A DNA stretch of 64,000 nt from assembly GCA_963730935.1 (NCBI GenBank), contig CAVSTP010000004.1, forward strand, positions 864,001 through 928,000, read 5' to 3'. The notes below the pieces were generated by a model that was not told the DNA's origin, ran no database searches, and saw only the letters and a list, made by a program, of their open reading frames with translations. The stretch is from an uncultured Nitrospiraceae bacterium (lineage in GTDB: Bacteria; Nitrospirota; Nitrospiria; Nitrospirales; Nitrospiraceae). The translations under genes were made by a program, and so were the position numbers. Position 1 is the stretch's first letter, and every line of letters starts with the position of its first letter. Shown here piece after piece: positions 28,431 to 38,110 of this stretch.

Positions 28431-29891
28431 ATGCAAAAGACACGCATTATCTGCACGATCGGCCCGGCTACGGAATCATACGAGATGTTGCAGAAGATGT
28501 ACGAGGCCGGGATGAGTATCGCGCGACTGAACATGTCCCACGGCGACCACGACTCGCACGCCAAGGTCATCCAACACATTAAGACGCTCAACAAGAAGGT
28601 CAAGTTTCCCATCCCTATCCTCCTGGATACGCAGGGCCCGTCGATCCGCACCGGGAACCTTTCCAACGAGCTCGATCTGCGGCAGGGCGCCATCGTCTCC
28701 GTCACCACGCGCGGGCCGATGGACGTTGAAGAGAGCTCCATCCACATTGACTATGAGGACTTGCTTGAGCAGGTCAACGTCGGGGACAAGATCACTGTGG
28801 ATAACGGATTGATCAATTTGGAGGTGCTGGAGAAGGAAGAGCGCCATATGCGGTGCCGTGTCTTGGACGGTGGGCTCTTGAAGAGTAAGCGCCACGTCAA
28901 TCTCCCGGGTATCCGTGTCAATCTGCCGGCGATCACGCAAAAGGACACCAAGGATATTCTGTTCGGCCTGGAACGGGATGTGGACTTCATCGCGCTTTCG
29001 TTCGTCCGTGAAGCCGCGGATATTCAGCAGCTCAAGGGACTCATGGGTGAAAAGGTCGGAAGGGTGAAGATTGTCGCAAAGATCGAGGACCAGGAAGGCG
29101 TGCGAAACCTGGAGGAGATCATCAGGGAATCGGATGGCATTATGGTCGCGCGTGGCGATCTGGGGGTGGAGATCAACATCGAGGATTTGCCGAATGTCCA
29201 GCGCACGATCGTACAGCGTTGTGCCGAGCACGGGAAACGTGTGATCGTTGCCACCCATCTCCTCGAATCCATGATCCACAATCCGCACCCTACCCGCGCC
29301 GAAGTCACGGACGTCGCCAACGCGATCTATGAAGAAGCCGATGCCGTCATGCTGTCCGGAGAAACCACGGTTGGGAAGTATCCGGTGAAATGTGTCGAAT
29401 ACCTGCGCAAGATCGCGCTGAAATCCGAGACGATTCCCGGATTGCGGTTTGCGAAACAATTGCGCGATACGGGCAATAAACAACAATTGGCGGCGGCGGC
29501 CGTTCAGCTCGCCGAGGGGGTCAACGCCAAGGGCATCGTCGTGATCACCAGACGGGGACTCATGGCCGATCTTGTCGCAAACTGCCGTCCGTTCTCGACC
29601 AACATCTATGCCTTTACCAACATGAGCCAACCGCGACGGACCATGATGCTCAACCGTGGTGTCTTTCCGTTCAAGATTGATTTCAGTTCGGACCCTGAAA
29701 AGACGCTGCAAACGGCGTTCCGGATCTTGAAGGAGCGAGAACAGTTTCAGGTTGGGGACAAGGTCGTGATCATCTCGGACGTGCTGGCTCAGCAACGTGT
29801 CGACTCGATTCAGATTCGTGATGTCCCCACGGATGACCTCTCGCCCGAAGCTTCTTCCGCAACGGGTGTAGTCTCCCCATCGATGGGGTAG
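28431..29891 (+). CDS. pyk: Pyruvate kinase
   Basis: TRIICTIGPA, RLNMSHG, DTQGP, MVARGDLGVE and AVMLSGET motifs. Confidence 0.97.
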   Translation: MQKTRIICTIGPATESYEMLQKMYEAGMSIARLNMSHGDHDSHAKVIQHIKTLNKKVKFPIPILLDTQGPSIRTGNLSNELDLRQGAIVSVTTRGPMDVEESSIHIDYEDLLEQVNVGDKITVDNGLINLEVLEKEERHMRCRVLDGGLLKSKRHVNLPGIRVNLPAITQKDTKDILFGLERDVDFIALSFVREAADIQQLKGLMGEKVGRVKIVAKIEDQEGVRNLEEIIRESDGIMVARGDLGVEINIEDLPNVQRTIVQRCAEHGKRVIVATHLLESMIHNPHPTRAEVTDVANAIYEEADAVMLSGETTVGKYPVKCVEYLRKIALKSETIPGLRFAKQLRDTGNKQQLAAAAVQLAEGVNAKGIVVITRRGLMADLVANCRPFSTNIYAFTNMSQPRRTMMLNRGVFPFKIDFSSDPEKTLQTAFRILKEREQFQVGDKVVIISDVLAQQRVDSIQIRDVPTDDLSPEASSATGVVSPSMG

Positions 29892-29911
29892 CCTCTGCGA
29901 AACAGAACCGC

Positions 29912-29947
29912 TGTCAGGGACCATCTGGCCGCGCGTGGCGGGCCTGC
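29912..29947 (+). repeat. Junction repeat copy
   Basis: TGTCAGGGACCATCTGGCCGCGCGTGGCGGGCCTGC. Confidence 0.8.
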
Positions 29948-30045
29948 CGCGGAGAACTTGAACACCTCTACCCTGGAGCCGGCCCGGCGCGACGGTTTTC
30001 CCCACCGGTCATGCCGTTCGTTATTCCTCCGGCTTTCAAACCACA

Positions 30046-30084
30046 TAGACCCGGCCCCTCTGAAAAAGTACAATGTCCCCGTTT
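30046..30084 (+). promoter_or_regulatory. TAGACC-N17-TACAAT promoter overlapping an inverted GGGGACATT element
   Basis: TAGACCCGGCCCCTCTGAAAAAGTACAATGTCCCCGTTT. Confidence 0.6.
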
Positions 30085-30192
30085 GTTTCCAGTAGGCTGC
30101 TGCGCGAGGAAGAAGCACGGGAAGTGCTGACTTTGACGCGAACCGATGATTGCACCAAGTCGCCGACAGTGCCCATACCTAGGAGGGATCGC

Positions 30193-30762
30193 ATGACACG
30201 CATGATGCAGCAGCATACTTGCACACTGATACTCGGACTGACCGCCCTAGTAGGGTTCACGCTGGCAGGGAGTCCTGCCGGTGCGGTTTCCCCATCCGAT
30301 TCAAGTTCAGCCACGCATTTCTCCGACAAAAATTGGGACAGGAAGCTGCCGAGCGCTACGCGGTTTACCATCTTGAGCGCCTTCGGAGATGCGGCCGTGC
30401 GTGACAATGAAACAGGGCTGGTATGGGAAAAGACTCTGGAAACGGCCGAGATGTCCTGGACCGAGGCTCGTGCTGCCTGCGCCGATAGGGACGTCGGCGG
30501 ACGGAAAGGCTGGAGGCTGCCATCGATTTCGGAACTGGCGAGTCTGGTGGATCCCGCCATACGATCAGGGCCTGCGCTTCCCCTGGATCATCCTTTTACC
30601 AACGTGTTGACGGACGTGTATTGGTCAGCGACATCGGTGACAGACAATCCCAAAAACGCCTGGCTCGTGTTCTTTGACACCGCCAAGGCGACCTTCGCCG
30701 TGAAGACCATTACCTTTCATTTCTGGTGTGTACGCGGTGACATGACTGCAGATCAGTACTAA
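30193..30762 (+). CDS. DUF1566 (Lcl C-terminal) domain exported protein
   Basis: D.ETGLVW, GWRLPSISEL.SL, YWSAT and AWLVFF motifs. Confidence 0.9.
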   Translation: MTRMMQQHTCTLILGLTALVGFTLAGSPAGAVSPSDSSSATHFSDKNWDRKLPSATRFTILSAFGDAAVRDNETGLVWEKTLETAEMSWTEARAACADRDVGGRKGWRLPSISELASLVDPAIRSGPALPLDHPFTNVLTDVYWSATSVTDNPKNAWLVFFDTAKATFAVKTITFHFWCVRGDMTADQY

Positions 30763-31547
30763 AGGAGCGGCGTCGGTTTCCATCCGGATAGTACGCACCG
30801 ATGAGCTACTAACGGCGCGAAGCTCGGGACGTCCTCGGACACGGCCGTCATGATTTCATCGGCAAGTTGAGGGTCCTCAAAACACTCGTACACGTCGTCG
30901 AGAAACCCGCCTCGCAACAATGGGTCATGCAAAAATGCGCGTCCGTAACCGGCGGCGACTTCCAAGGGATATTCGTGAACACCGATGCGTTCGAAGCCGA
31001 GTGTGTGAAGCCACCCACGGCCTTCCTCAGCAGACGGCCGTTCAGCGACATAGGCTTCGAGCCGGCGTCGTTCATTGTGCAATCGCCGGACCGCCATTTC
31101 TTGATCGACTCTCCGCCACAGAGAATCGAAAGTGCCAAGCGATGGAAACGTCAGAACGATTTGTCCACCTGGCTTCAGATGTGCCGACAAACCCTGTATC
31201 GCTGCGAGCCGATCGGGTCGGAAGAACATGACCGACAAATTCCCAGTGATTCGATCAAAACTCGGCAGGTTCGACGGCAGTGCGCGCATATCAAGACACT
31301 CGAACCGTAACCAAGGGAGTTGCTGCCCTTGAATGATCCGGGCGCTCCCCACCTGATGCGCACTGAGATCGATACCCAGTACCTGTCCGGCCGGACCTAC
31401 CTGCTCGGCAAGATGGAAGGCAGGAATCCCATGCCCTGAAGCCACATCCAAAATTGTCGCTCCAGAGAAGAGGTCCAGATGCGTGAGCAACGATTCGGCG
31501 AACGGGGTCGACCAGGGGTCATGTTTGGGAAGAGGCCAAGACGGCAC
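30759..31547 (-). CDS. Class I SAM-dependent methyltransferase
   Basis: ILDVASGHG, GIDLS and LKPGG motifs. Confidence 0.85.
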   Translation of the reverse strand: MPSWPLPKHDPWSTPFAESLLTHLDLFSGATILDVASGHGIPAFHLAEQVGPAGQVLGIDLSAHQVGSARIIQGQQLPWLRFECLDMRALPSNLPSFDRITGNLSVMFFRPDRLAAIQGLSAHLKPGGQIVLTFPSLGTFDSLWRRVDQEMAVRRLHNERRRLEAYVAERPSAEEGRGWLHTLGFERIGVHEYPLEVAAGYGRAFLHDPLLRGGFLDDVYECFEDPQLADEIMTAVSEDVPSFAPLVAHRCVLSGWKPTPLL

Positions 31548-31862
31548 GGAAACCCTTTCAATCTAATCCAGCCAGCCGACAGTGCGATGGCCGGCTACTC
31601 ACCGGAGATTTCAAAGCCTATAGATGGAGGATGATGCGCCTATGCCCGCTTGCGATGCAAGACACCAGCAGGGCCACTCTACTCCAGCTTATTCAGTCTC
31701 GCTCAGGGCTAGTTCATCCAAGCAAGGATCCGTCCAAGTCTCGCCCTAACGCACTAGTCCGCAGTCATATTTCGACTATTTCTTGCTAAACAGAAAGCCC
31801 TATCGCAGGATGGCGGAGACTACGTTCTGTTCACTTCATTTGCAACCTTAAAGGAGGGCGTT

Positions 31863-32270
31863 ATGGGAATGGGTAGAGTTCTCGTAGTAGATGATGAGGC
31901 GCATATCAGAACGACCGTCAGAATGGCACTGACCAAAGCTGGATATGACGTCGTCGAGGCAGAAGATGGTGAAAAGGGAATCCAGGCGATCAAGTCAGAC
32001 GATAACGCACTCATGGTCGACATGATTCTCTGTGATATGCAGATGCCCAAGATAGACGGCGTGGGGGCCATCTCCTATTTTCTCCAGCAATTTCCTTCGG
32101 TCCCTGTCGTCGTCATGACAGGTCATCCGGATGTCAATGCCGCCACCAAGCTCATGAAGCAGGGCGTCAAGGACTATCTGGTAAAACCGATCGAGAAGGA
32201 AAAGCTGATTGCTGTCGTTGAAGACACGGTTAAGCAGCACGTGCTGTTCAAGGACAAATTCCACGCATAA
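31863..32270 (+). CDS. Single-domain response regulator (paralog of 14155..14595)
   Basis: VLVVDDE, CDMQMPKIDG and YLVKP motifs. Confidence 0.92.
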   Translation: MGMGRVLVVDDEAHIRTTVRMALTKAGYDVVEAEDGEKGIQAIKSDDNALMVDMILCDMQMPKIDGVGAISYFLQQFPSVPVVVMTGHPDVNAATKLMKQGVKDYLVKPIEKEKLIAVVEDTVKQHVLFKDKFHA

Positions 32271-32311
32271 TTTCCGCAGATTTTCACAAAGGCCGCCAAA
32301 AGGATGCAAGG

Positions 32312-33643
32312 ATGCGTCCTAAGGAGAAACTGCCTTCGGAGCACGCTGTGCTTCAAGACAAGCGTCGCGCTCCGCGACGAACGGTGGATCTTCGTGTCAC
32401 TAACGGGAGTCGAGAATTAGAGACGACTCTCCTCATTTCTCAAGCGCTTTCACGACACAACACGCTCGAAGAACTGATTGTGCAGATACTGGACACCGCG
32501 TTGAAGTCGGTGAACGCTGAAGGTGGGTCTATTCTCATCGCGGATGCGTCATCTCAACAACTTATCAATTATCGCTCCGTCGGTGAGAAGCCAGTCCCGC
32601 CTGGATCGGCGGTTCCGTGGAATTACGGGATTGCCGGTGCTGTGTTCAAATCGGCCCAGCATGCCATCATCGTGGATGCCGAGAAAGATCCCTCTCTGCC
32701 AGAGAGGATTGATAAGTCCACAGGGTCCGTGATCAGGAATTTGGTTATTGTGCCGCTGAAGCGGTGGCAAGGCGAGCCGATCGGGGTCATTGAAATTCTC
32801 AATAAGCGCGATCGTGCCATCGATGAAGATGACGTCGCTGTCCTGACCATGATTTCTTCCCTCGCCACTCCCGCGATCGAGGAGGCGAGGTTATTTGAAG
32901 CCAAAAAACTTGCCGAGGTCGCACAGATGGCCGGTGACATGAGCCATGATATCAAGAATTTGCTCATGCCGGTCCTGTGCGGTGCTGAGTTACTCAAGGA
33001 GGAACTCGATGAGTTGTACGGGAAGTGGTCCATTCGGAAAACACCTGAGTCGGAGAAGAGCCGCGCCATGTGCCACGAGGTCCTCACGATGGTTGAAGAG
33101 GATGTCCGAAGAATCTCGGATCGGGTTCGAGAACTCGCGGACTGCGTGAAAGGGATGACCTCACCGCCTAGATTTGCGTCGTGTCAGCTTGCCGGCGTGA
33201 TCGAGGCGGTTTTCAAAACGCTGGATCTGATGGCCAAAAAAAAAGGAGTCTCACTCAGAAGCGTAGGCCTGGATGGCTTGCCTGCCTTGGAGGCAGACGA
33301 GCAACGGCTGTATAACGGCTTCTACAACTTGGTCAACAATGCCATATCCGAGGTACCATCAGGCGGCTCTGTCACGATTCTCGGAAAGGTCGCGAAGACG
33401 GCTCATGTGCTCGACATAGCCGTGACCGATACAGGGCGTGGCATGCCTCCAGAAATTCGTGACAGCCTCTTCACCGCTCGTGCCATCAGCAGAAAATCCG
33501 GCGGTACAGGACTCGGGACCAAAATCGTGAAAGATGTGGTCGATGCCCATAAAGGCCACATCAACGTCGAGAGCACTGTCGGCGTAGGTACAACTTTCCG
33601 TCTGATCTTGCCGCTCAAGCAGATTAAGACCGGACAATCCTAG
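32312..33643 (+). CDS. GAF-domain sensor histidine kinase
   Basis: GAF (GVIEILNK), H-box SHDIKN, N-box NLVNNA, DTGRG and GTGLG motifs. Confidence 0.92.
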   Translation: MRPKEKLPSEHAVLQDKRRAPRRTVDLRVTNGSRELETTLLISQALSRHNTLEELIVQILDTALKSVNAEGGSILIADASSQQLINYRSVGEKPVPPGSAVPWNYGIAGAVFKSAQHAIIVDAEKDPSLPERIDKSTGSVIRNLVIVPLKRWQGEPIGVIEILNKRDRAIDEDDVAVLTMISSLATPAIEEARLFEAKKLAEVAQMAGDMSHDIKNLLMPVLCGAELLKEELDELYGKWSIRKTPESEKSRAMCHEVLTMVEEDVRRISDRVRELADCVKGMTSPPRFASCQLAGVIEAVFKTLDLMAKKKGVSLRSVGLDGLPALEADEQRLYNGFYNLVNNAISEVPSGGSVTILGKVAKTAHVLDIAVTDTGRGMPPEIRDSLFTARAISRKSGGTGLGTKIVKDVVDAHKGHINVESTVGVGTTFRLILPLKQIKTGQS

Positions 33644-33765
33644 CAAGGCAGCATATTCTTCCTCCGTTATCCTCTCATCTCCTCTGAGCCTTTCAGGCTC
33701 CCGTCTCGTCAGAAACTCCCTCAATCGATCACTCTGGAGAACGCCAAAGTGGGAACGTCCTGGCA

Positions 33766-33794
33766 TAGACCCGTGCGTCTCAAACACGTAGAAT
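33766..33794 (+). promoter_or_regulatory. Sigma70-like promoter TAGACC-N17-TAGAAT
   Basis: CATAGACCCGTGCGTCTCAAACACGTAGAAT. Confidence 0.65.
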
Positions 33795-33825
33795 GCGTCG
33801 GTTCCTTGGCAGACGAGGACCCTCC

Positions 33826-33880
33826 ATGCTGGAACTGGGACCGACCTGCGAACACTGCAACAAGGCGTTGCCGAGCCTGA
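33826..33880 (+). pseudogene. 5' fragment of a DUF1272-like gene
   Basis: GAGGA RBS plus MLELGPTCEHCNKALP, after which similarity stops. Confidence 0.6.
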
Positions 33881-33945
33881 AAGGCGGTAGCAAACCGCCA
33901 GGCTATTCGGAATACCAGGAGAGGCAAGATTGTGAGGCAGCACAT

Positions 33946-34212
33946 ATGACACATTTCAGAATGAGTCTGACAATGGGGATTGTGCTTATGCTCACGCTTG
34001 GGGCCTGCGAGCGGCAAGGTCCACCACCCAAACCGATCGGCGCTGCCACCAACAAACATGTGGAAGAAACTCCCGCTCCCCCATCGCGCTCGGATGCAGA
34101 CACGATGATTCAGAAGATGCAGACGCCGATGGAGGATGCTCGGCAAACGGAAGATCTCCTCAAAGGGGCAGCGGACCGCACCCGCCAGCAGTCGGAACAG
34201 ACTCCCCCGTAG
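33946..34212 (+). CDS. Small lipoprotein
   Basis: LGAC lipobox; GAGG RBS. Confidence 0.65.
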   Translation: MTHFRMSLTMGIVLMLTLGACERQGPPPKPIGAATNKHVEETPAPPSRSDADTMIQKMQTPMEDARQTEDLLKGAADRTRQQSEQTPP

Positions 34213-34647
34213 CATTCAGAATTCGGCCACTCCCAAACCAGAAACAGTGCGTATCTCCGGAGCAGGAAACCGGCACCACACTGAAGCAATAATCGGAGTT
34301 TAGTCTGCCGCGCAGAGCTATCGCTGTACGGCTAGGGAAGAGTAGGAGACCTTGTCGCCCTCCTGCTTTGGGAGGAGGACGTCAGCTGACCAAATGACGA
34401 CAGGCTATTTTCCAATTACTCCCTGGCATTACCACCACTCACACCTTTTTCTTCGGATGATTGCCTATCCGTTCGCCCTGCGAGCCGCCAATCTCACACG
34501 GAACAGGTAAAGTTAGGACCCCGCTTTACGCCGCGAGTGATCAAGAAGTGCCGTTGATCATTCATTCACTAGGGGTCTCACGAGATGTCACAGTCTCAGG
34601 CAGACTGTACATTCCCCGCCCAGACTGCATCATATTGTGAGGTCTTC

Positions 34648-35235
34648 ATGAAGAGTAGCCAGTTGCTGATCGCGATTGTTTTCCTGGGTGGGGCACTGAC
34701 CGGATGTGCGAGCGAGATCGCTAAGCCCGTGGGCCTAGATGTGGCGCTACGAGGAGTAGAGGACGATATGAAGGCTGCGTCCGCTGTGAGCTTACATGAT
34801 GTGCTCAGCCGAGATGCCATCCAGGAGGACGAGTTCAAGAGGGCCATTCTTCAGGCGCAGTGTTTCTACCGGAGGCCAAACCCACTTGTCCCTGTCATGA
34901 TTAAAGATCTTACCTTGACGCTTCAAGGGACATTCACAGGACAAGGAAAGTTTGTTGTGTTTGGTGTTGCGGTTCCATCAGGAGGTATCGAGATCAGCAC
35001 CGCGAAAGCCTTCCAACAGACGGTGACCCTCCCAGTCAATTTTACTTCTATTTCATCCCTGCCTGATGTGTATCTTCAACAAAAAGCGGGTTACGTAAAG
35101 GACTTGCCTGAGTCAGAAAAAGTCAAATACCTCGAAGGAGTGTTCAAGGATCGCGATATCCTCCGTAACACCATCAAAGAGCTCATCGCGAACTATTCAG
35201 AGCAGCGGTGTCCGCAAGTGTCCATGAACAAGTGA
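34648..35235 (+). CDS. Hypothetical lipoprotein
   Basis: LTGC lipobox; GAGG RBS. Confidence 0.7.
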   Translation: MKSSQLLIAIVFLGGALTGCASEIAKPVGLDVALRGVEDDMKAASAVSLHDVLSRDAIQEDEFKRAILQAQCFYRRPNPLVPVMIKDLTLTLQGTFTGQGKFVVFGVAVPSGGIEISTAKAFQQTVTLPVNFTSISSLPDVYLQQKAGYVKDLPESEKVKYLEGVFKDRDILRNTIKELIANYSEQRCPQVSMNK

Positions 35236-35280
35236 GCGCCGCCGTTTTATCCCTTGGCATCTCGAGGTGCAGCAACCTCA

Positions 35281-35309
35281 TAGACCCGCCAACTTCGAAC
35301 ACGTAGAAT
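35281..35309 (+). promoter_or_regulatory. Sigma70-like promoter TAGACC-N17-TAGAAT
   Basis: TAGACCCGCCAACTTCGAACACGTAGAAT. Confidence 0.65.
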
Positions 35310-35339
35310 GCGACTCTTTCTCGTTCATCGAGCGCATCC

Positions 35340-36296
35340 ATGCTTGTCCACGTGAATGGTGAACAAGGGCGGGAGATACTCGGCGCCATGCGTCGGGTCG
35401 CGACGGCTGGCAACAAGACCTCTCTTACCGACAGAGCCCACCGTGCCATCGCTTCCGCATCTCACGTGGTGTTCCACGAATCAGACTTCCCAGTAGAGTA
35501 CTGCCCGACACTCATTCCTCGCGATCTGGCAACCGTCCTATCCAATGAGCTTCAAGCCATGTGGGCGGTTCGGTTCTTGGCTGTGATGGCGCTCGCGGAT
35601 GGGGTCCTCGACAGGGAAAAGACTGCGCGTGTTCTGGAATATGCGAAAGTGCTCGATGTTCGCGAGGCGTATCTCAGGCAATTGTCCGAAGCAGCGAACG
35701 GCAATCTCACATGGGCGCTTGCTGACATGACGCGGCAAAACATCAAGAGTCTTTGGGATCAGCCGTGGCGTGAGGACGAAGATGTCATGGCGCTCTTTCT
35801 TCCCTACTCCGGCGATCAGGCCGATTCCGCCCTGGCTGCCAAGCACGAAGCCCTGGGTTCATTGCCGAAGGGTACGCTCGGCCGCGGCTATTGGGAAATC
35901 TATAAATCAAATGGGTATGCTTTCCCCGGAGATTCAAGGGGTGTCAACGCCGCCTTCGCACGTCCGCACGATTCGACTCACGTCATCAGTGGATACGACA
36001 CGACGCCTCATGGAGAGATTCTTGTTTCCACTTTTACGGCGGGTATGCATCCGAAGCTGCCGATGGAAGGGCACATTCTGCCGGTGATCTTCAGCTGGCA
36101 TTTGGGGATTGAAATCAACAAGCTAGCCGGTTCGTTCCAGGGTGCCCTGAACCCTGAAGCGTTTTGGATCGCGTGGGTTCGGGGCTCCCAGATGACGGTC
36201 GACTTATTTTCGCCCGAGTGGAACTTTTGGGCCCATGTCCAAGCGCCTGTCGACGTACTTCGACAGCGCTATCATGCGACACGCCCTGAATATTAA
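35340..36296 (+). CDS. TerB-like plus Coq4-like (HDxxH) protein
   Basis: MALADGVLD..K; LPKGTLG; HDSTHVISGYDTTPHGE. Confidence 0.7.
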   Translation: MLVHVNGEQGREILGAMRRVATAGNKTSLTDRAHRAIASASHVVFHESDFPVEYCPTLIPRDLATVLSNELQAMWAVRFLAVMALADGVLDREKTARVLEYAKVLDVREAYLRQLSEAANGNLTWALADMTRQNIKSLWDQPWREDEDVMALFLPYSGDQADSALAAKHEALGSLPKGTLGRGYWEIYKSNGYAFPGDSRGVNAAFARPHDSTHVISGYDTTPHGEILVSTFTAGMHPKLPMEGHILPVIFSWHLGIEINKLAGSFQGALNPEAFWIAWVRGSQMTVDLFSPEWNFWAHVQAPVDVLRQRYHATRPEY

Positions 36297-36349
36297 TTAG
36301 AGCCTCGGGCGGGGGAGGCGAATCAGAGTGAATGGCTGAACGGCTACTT

Positions 36350-36530
36350 TCACGGCGCTTTTGATGGCATCGACGGGATCAACCTGGTGATTCGTCGCAT
36401 AGGCAGCGGAGGAGCGTCAAATCCGTATTTCTCCAGGAGTCTTAAGATGCGGGGCGTCATCAGGAAATCGGAAAGCTGTTTCTGCCACAGGGCGTAACGA
36501 GGCTCGACAGGTCGACACGACTGCTTGCGA
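36350..36530 (-). pseudogene. 3' remnant of a ModA-like gene
   Basis: SDFLMTPRILRLLEKYGFD aligns with SDFLMTPRIQKLLAKYGFD of 53019..53858. Confidence 0.8.
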
Positions 36531-36806
36531 AAACTGAATCGGGATGTCTCTTGCAAGCGGAATTTCATCACTCATGAATACGCCGATCAAGGGTTAAGCA
36601 CACGAAAAATTCACAAGCGCAGTGGAGCAAGAGACGGGCTGGATTTTCTCGATGCACCGGACTGGGAAGATCCCTGGAGCGAATATCACTTTCTTGTGCA
36701 CGGCGGCAACGACTGTTACAGTGGGCTCAAGGATCCTTCTGGAGCATGTGCGCGGAAGCTTCCATACTGATCCACTCCACCGCAACCATGGAAAGGAACG
36801 CTGGCG

Positions 36807-37232
36807 ATGAACAAGACCGTCTCAAATGGAAAAGTCATTTCCTTGGAGTACACGCTCAAGCTGGAAGACGGCGAAGTCGTGGACACAAATGTCGGTGGAA
36901 ATCCCCTGACCTATACTCAAGGCAACAATCAGATTATCCGCGGCGTCGAGTCAGCGGTTGAGGGGATGGAAGTCGGACAAGCCAAACAGGCCGTCGTGCC
37001 TCCTACGGAAGGCTACGGAGATCCAGACCCTGGCGCGTTCCACGAAGTGCCAAAAGAGAACCTTCCTCAAGAAATTCAAGTGGGCACTCAACTCCATGGG
37101 AAAGACGCCAGCGGCCGCGAGATCCGACCAATTGTGTCAGCCATCAAGGACGACACCGTCCTTTTGGATTTCAACCATCCCCTTGCCGGCAAGACACTGT
37201 ACTTCGACTTGAAGGTAGTGAACATCAGTTAA
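36807..37232 (+). CDS. slyD: FKBP-type peptidyl-prolyl isomerase (SlyD-like, no His-rich tail)
   Basis: YTL..EDGEVVDT, GYG and DFNHPLAGKTL.F motifs. Confidence 0.88.
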   Translation: MNKTVSNGKVISLEYTLKLEDGEVVDTNVGGNPLTYTQGNNQIIRGVESAVEGMEVGQAKQAVVPPTEGYGDPDPGAFHEVPKENLPQEIQVGTQLHGKDASGREIRPIVSAIKDDTVLLDFNHPLAGKTLYFDLKVVNIS

Positions 37233-37247
37233 CTACTCCCTCGTCGC

Positions 37248-37295
37248 TCTTGTCTATCCGGCGCAGCCAGGTTGCGTCATGCTGGATAGACAAGA
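37248..37295. terminator. Long hairpin downstream of slyD
   Basis: TCTTGTCTATCCGGC...GCTGGATAGACAAGA, 15-bp stem with one G-U pair. Confidence 0.6.
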
Positions 37296-37581
37296 CACTG
37301 GCGGTGGCGTTCCGCCAAAGGACCGCTCCATCAGTACGCAGCCCTCCCCACATCTGTAAGACAAAGGAAGGGACTAATTTTTAGGCTGGCCTGCGGGTCG
37401 CCCGCACGTCTCGCATCCCCGAATTTGTAGGACTTTTCTGTAGGCAAACACTTCTGTGCTCGATTCAATTTGTATGGTTTAGCCCTGGCCGTGAGCGGAA
37501 TTGTTCGGAATTGGCTGCGCGGCTTCGGGTGGCCAGTCACGTAAACCAAGGAACAATGGTCGATAGAAAAATCGCTGGCTT

Positions 37582-37597
37582 CGGTATGCACTTTGCT
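37582..37597 (+). promoter_or_regulatory. Sigma54 promoter
   Basis: CGGTATGCACTTTGCT (GG-N10-GC) upstream of a PilZ gene. Confidence 0.6.
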
Positions 37598-37644
37598 CGT
37601 CGTTAGCAGGCAGGTGACTTGGCCTCTTTCCAAGAAGGTGACCA

Positions 37645-37935
37645 ATGAGACCTCTTACTGCTGATCTATGTGAGAAACGATGGATTCCCCGACACCAGAT
37701 GATTGTCCCAATTCATTGCCATCTGTCCCGAAACGATGAATCCGGCTCCGGATGGGTGAGAGACTTTTCGAGCATTGGCGCCAGTGTGATCAGCAACCTC
37801 CCACTGACGGCTGGTGATGAATTGACACTCACGTTGCCTAACGATGGCCGCCCTGAAATGACCATTGCCGCCACGGTCCGGTGGAATCACGGTCGGCTTC
37901 TTGGGGTTGAATTTAAGCACACGCCGAGGAACTAG
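37645..37935 (+). CDS. PilZ domain protein
   Basis: RWIPR, DFSSIG and VRW...GVEF motifs. Confidence 0.8.
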   Translation: MRPLTADLCEKRWIPRHQMIVPIHCHLSRNDESGSGWVRDFSSIGASVISNLPLTAGDELTLTLPNDGRPEMTIAATVRWNHGRLLGVEFKHTPRN

Positions 37936-38053
37936 CCGTCCGCAGGCACAGACCCGCGGTACTTCCGAAAATTCCCACCTTGTAGGCGATCGCTGATAGA
38001 CCGCACCTTACAAGCTTTCACGTGATAAGCTTCAGCAAATAACGTACAACGAC

Positions 38054-38074
38054 TTCGCGGCGCCGGGCGGGCGG
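38054..38074 (+). repeat. Junction repeat, right half
   Basis: TTCGCGGCGCCGGGCGGGCGG. Confidence 0.6.
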
Positions 38075-38110
38075 ATTTCCTGACTCTCTTGTAGTAAGCT
38101 TCCAACTCTC

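Noticed and set aside
28476..30005. 509-aa minus-strand ORF
   Set aside because: Antisense shadow of pyk caused by codon bias; no recognisable motifs.
30073..30192. MSPF start for the DUF1566 gene
   Set aside because: That ATG lies inside the promoter/repeat; an AGGAGG RBS supports the ATG at 30193.
426..38074. CRISPR array interpretation of the junction repeats
   Set aside because: Copies are degenerate and kilobases apart; there are no 30-40-bp spacers and no cas genes.
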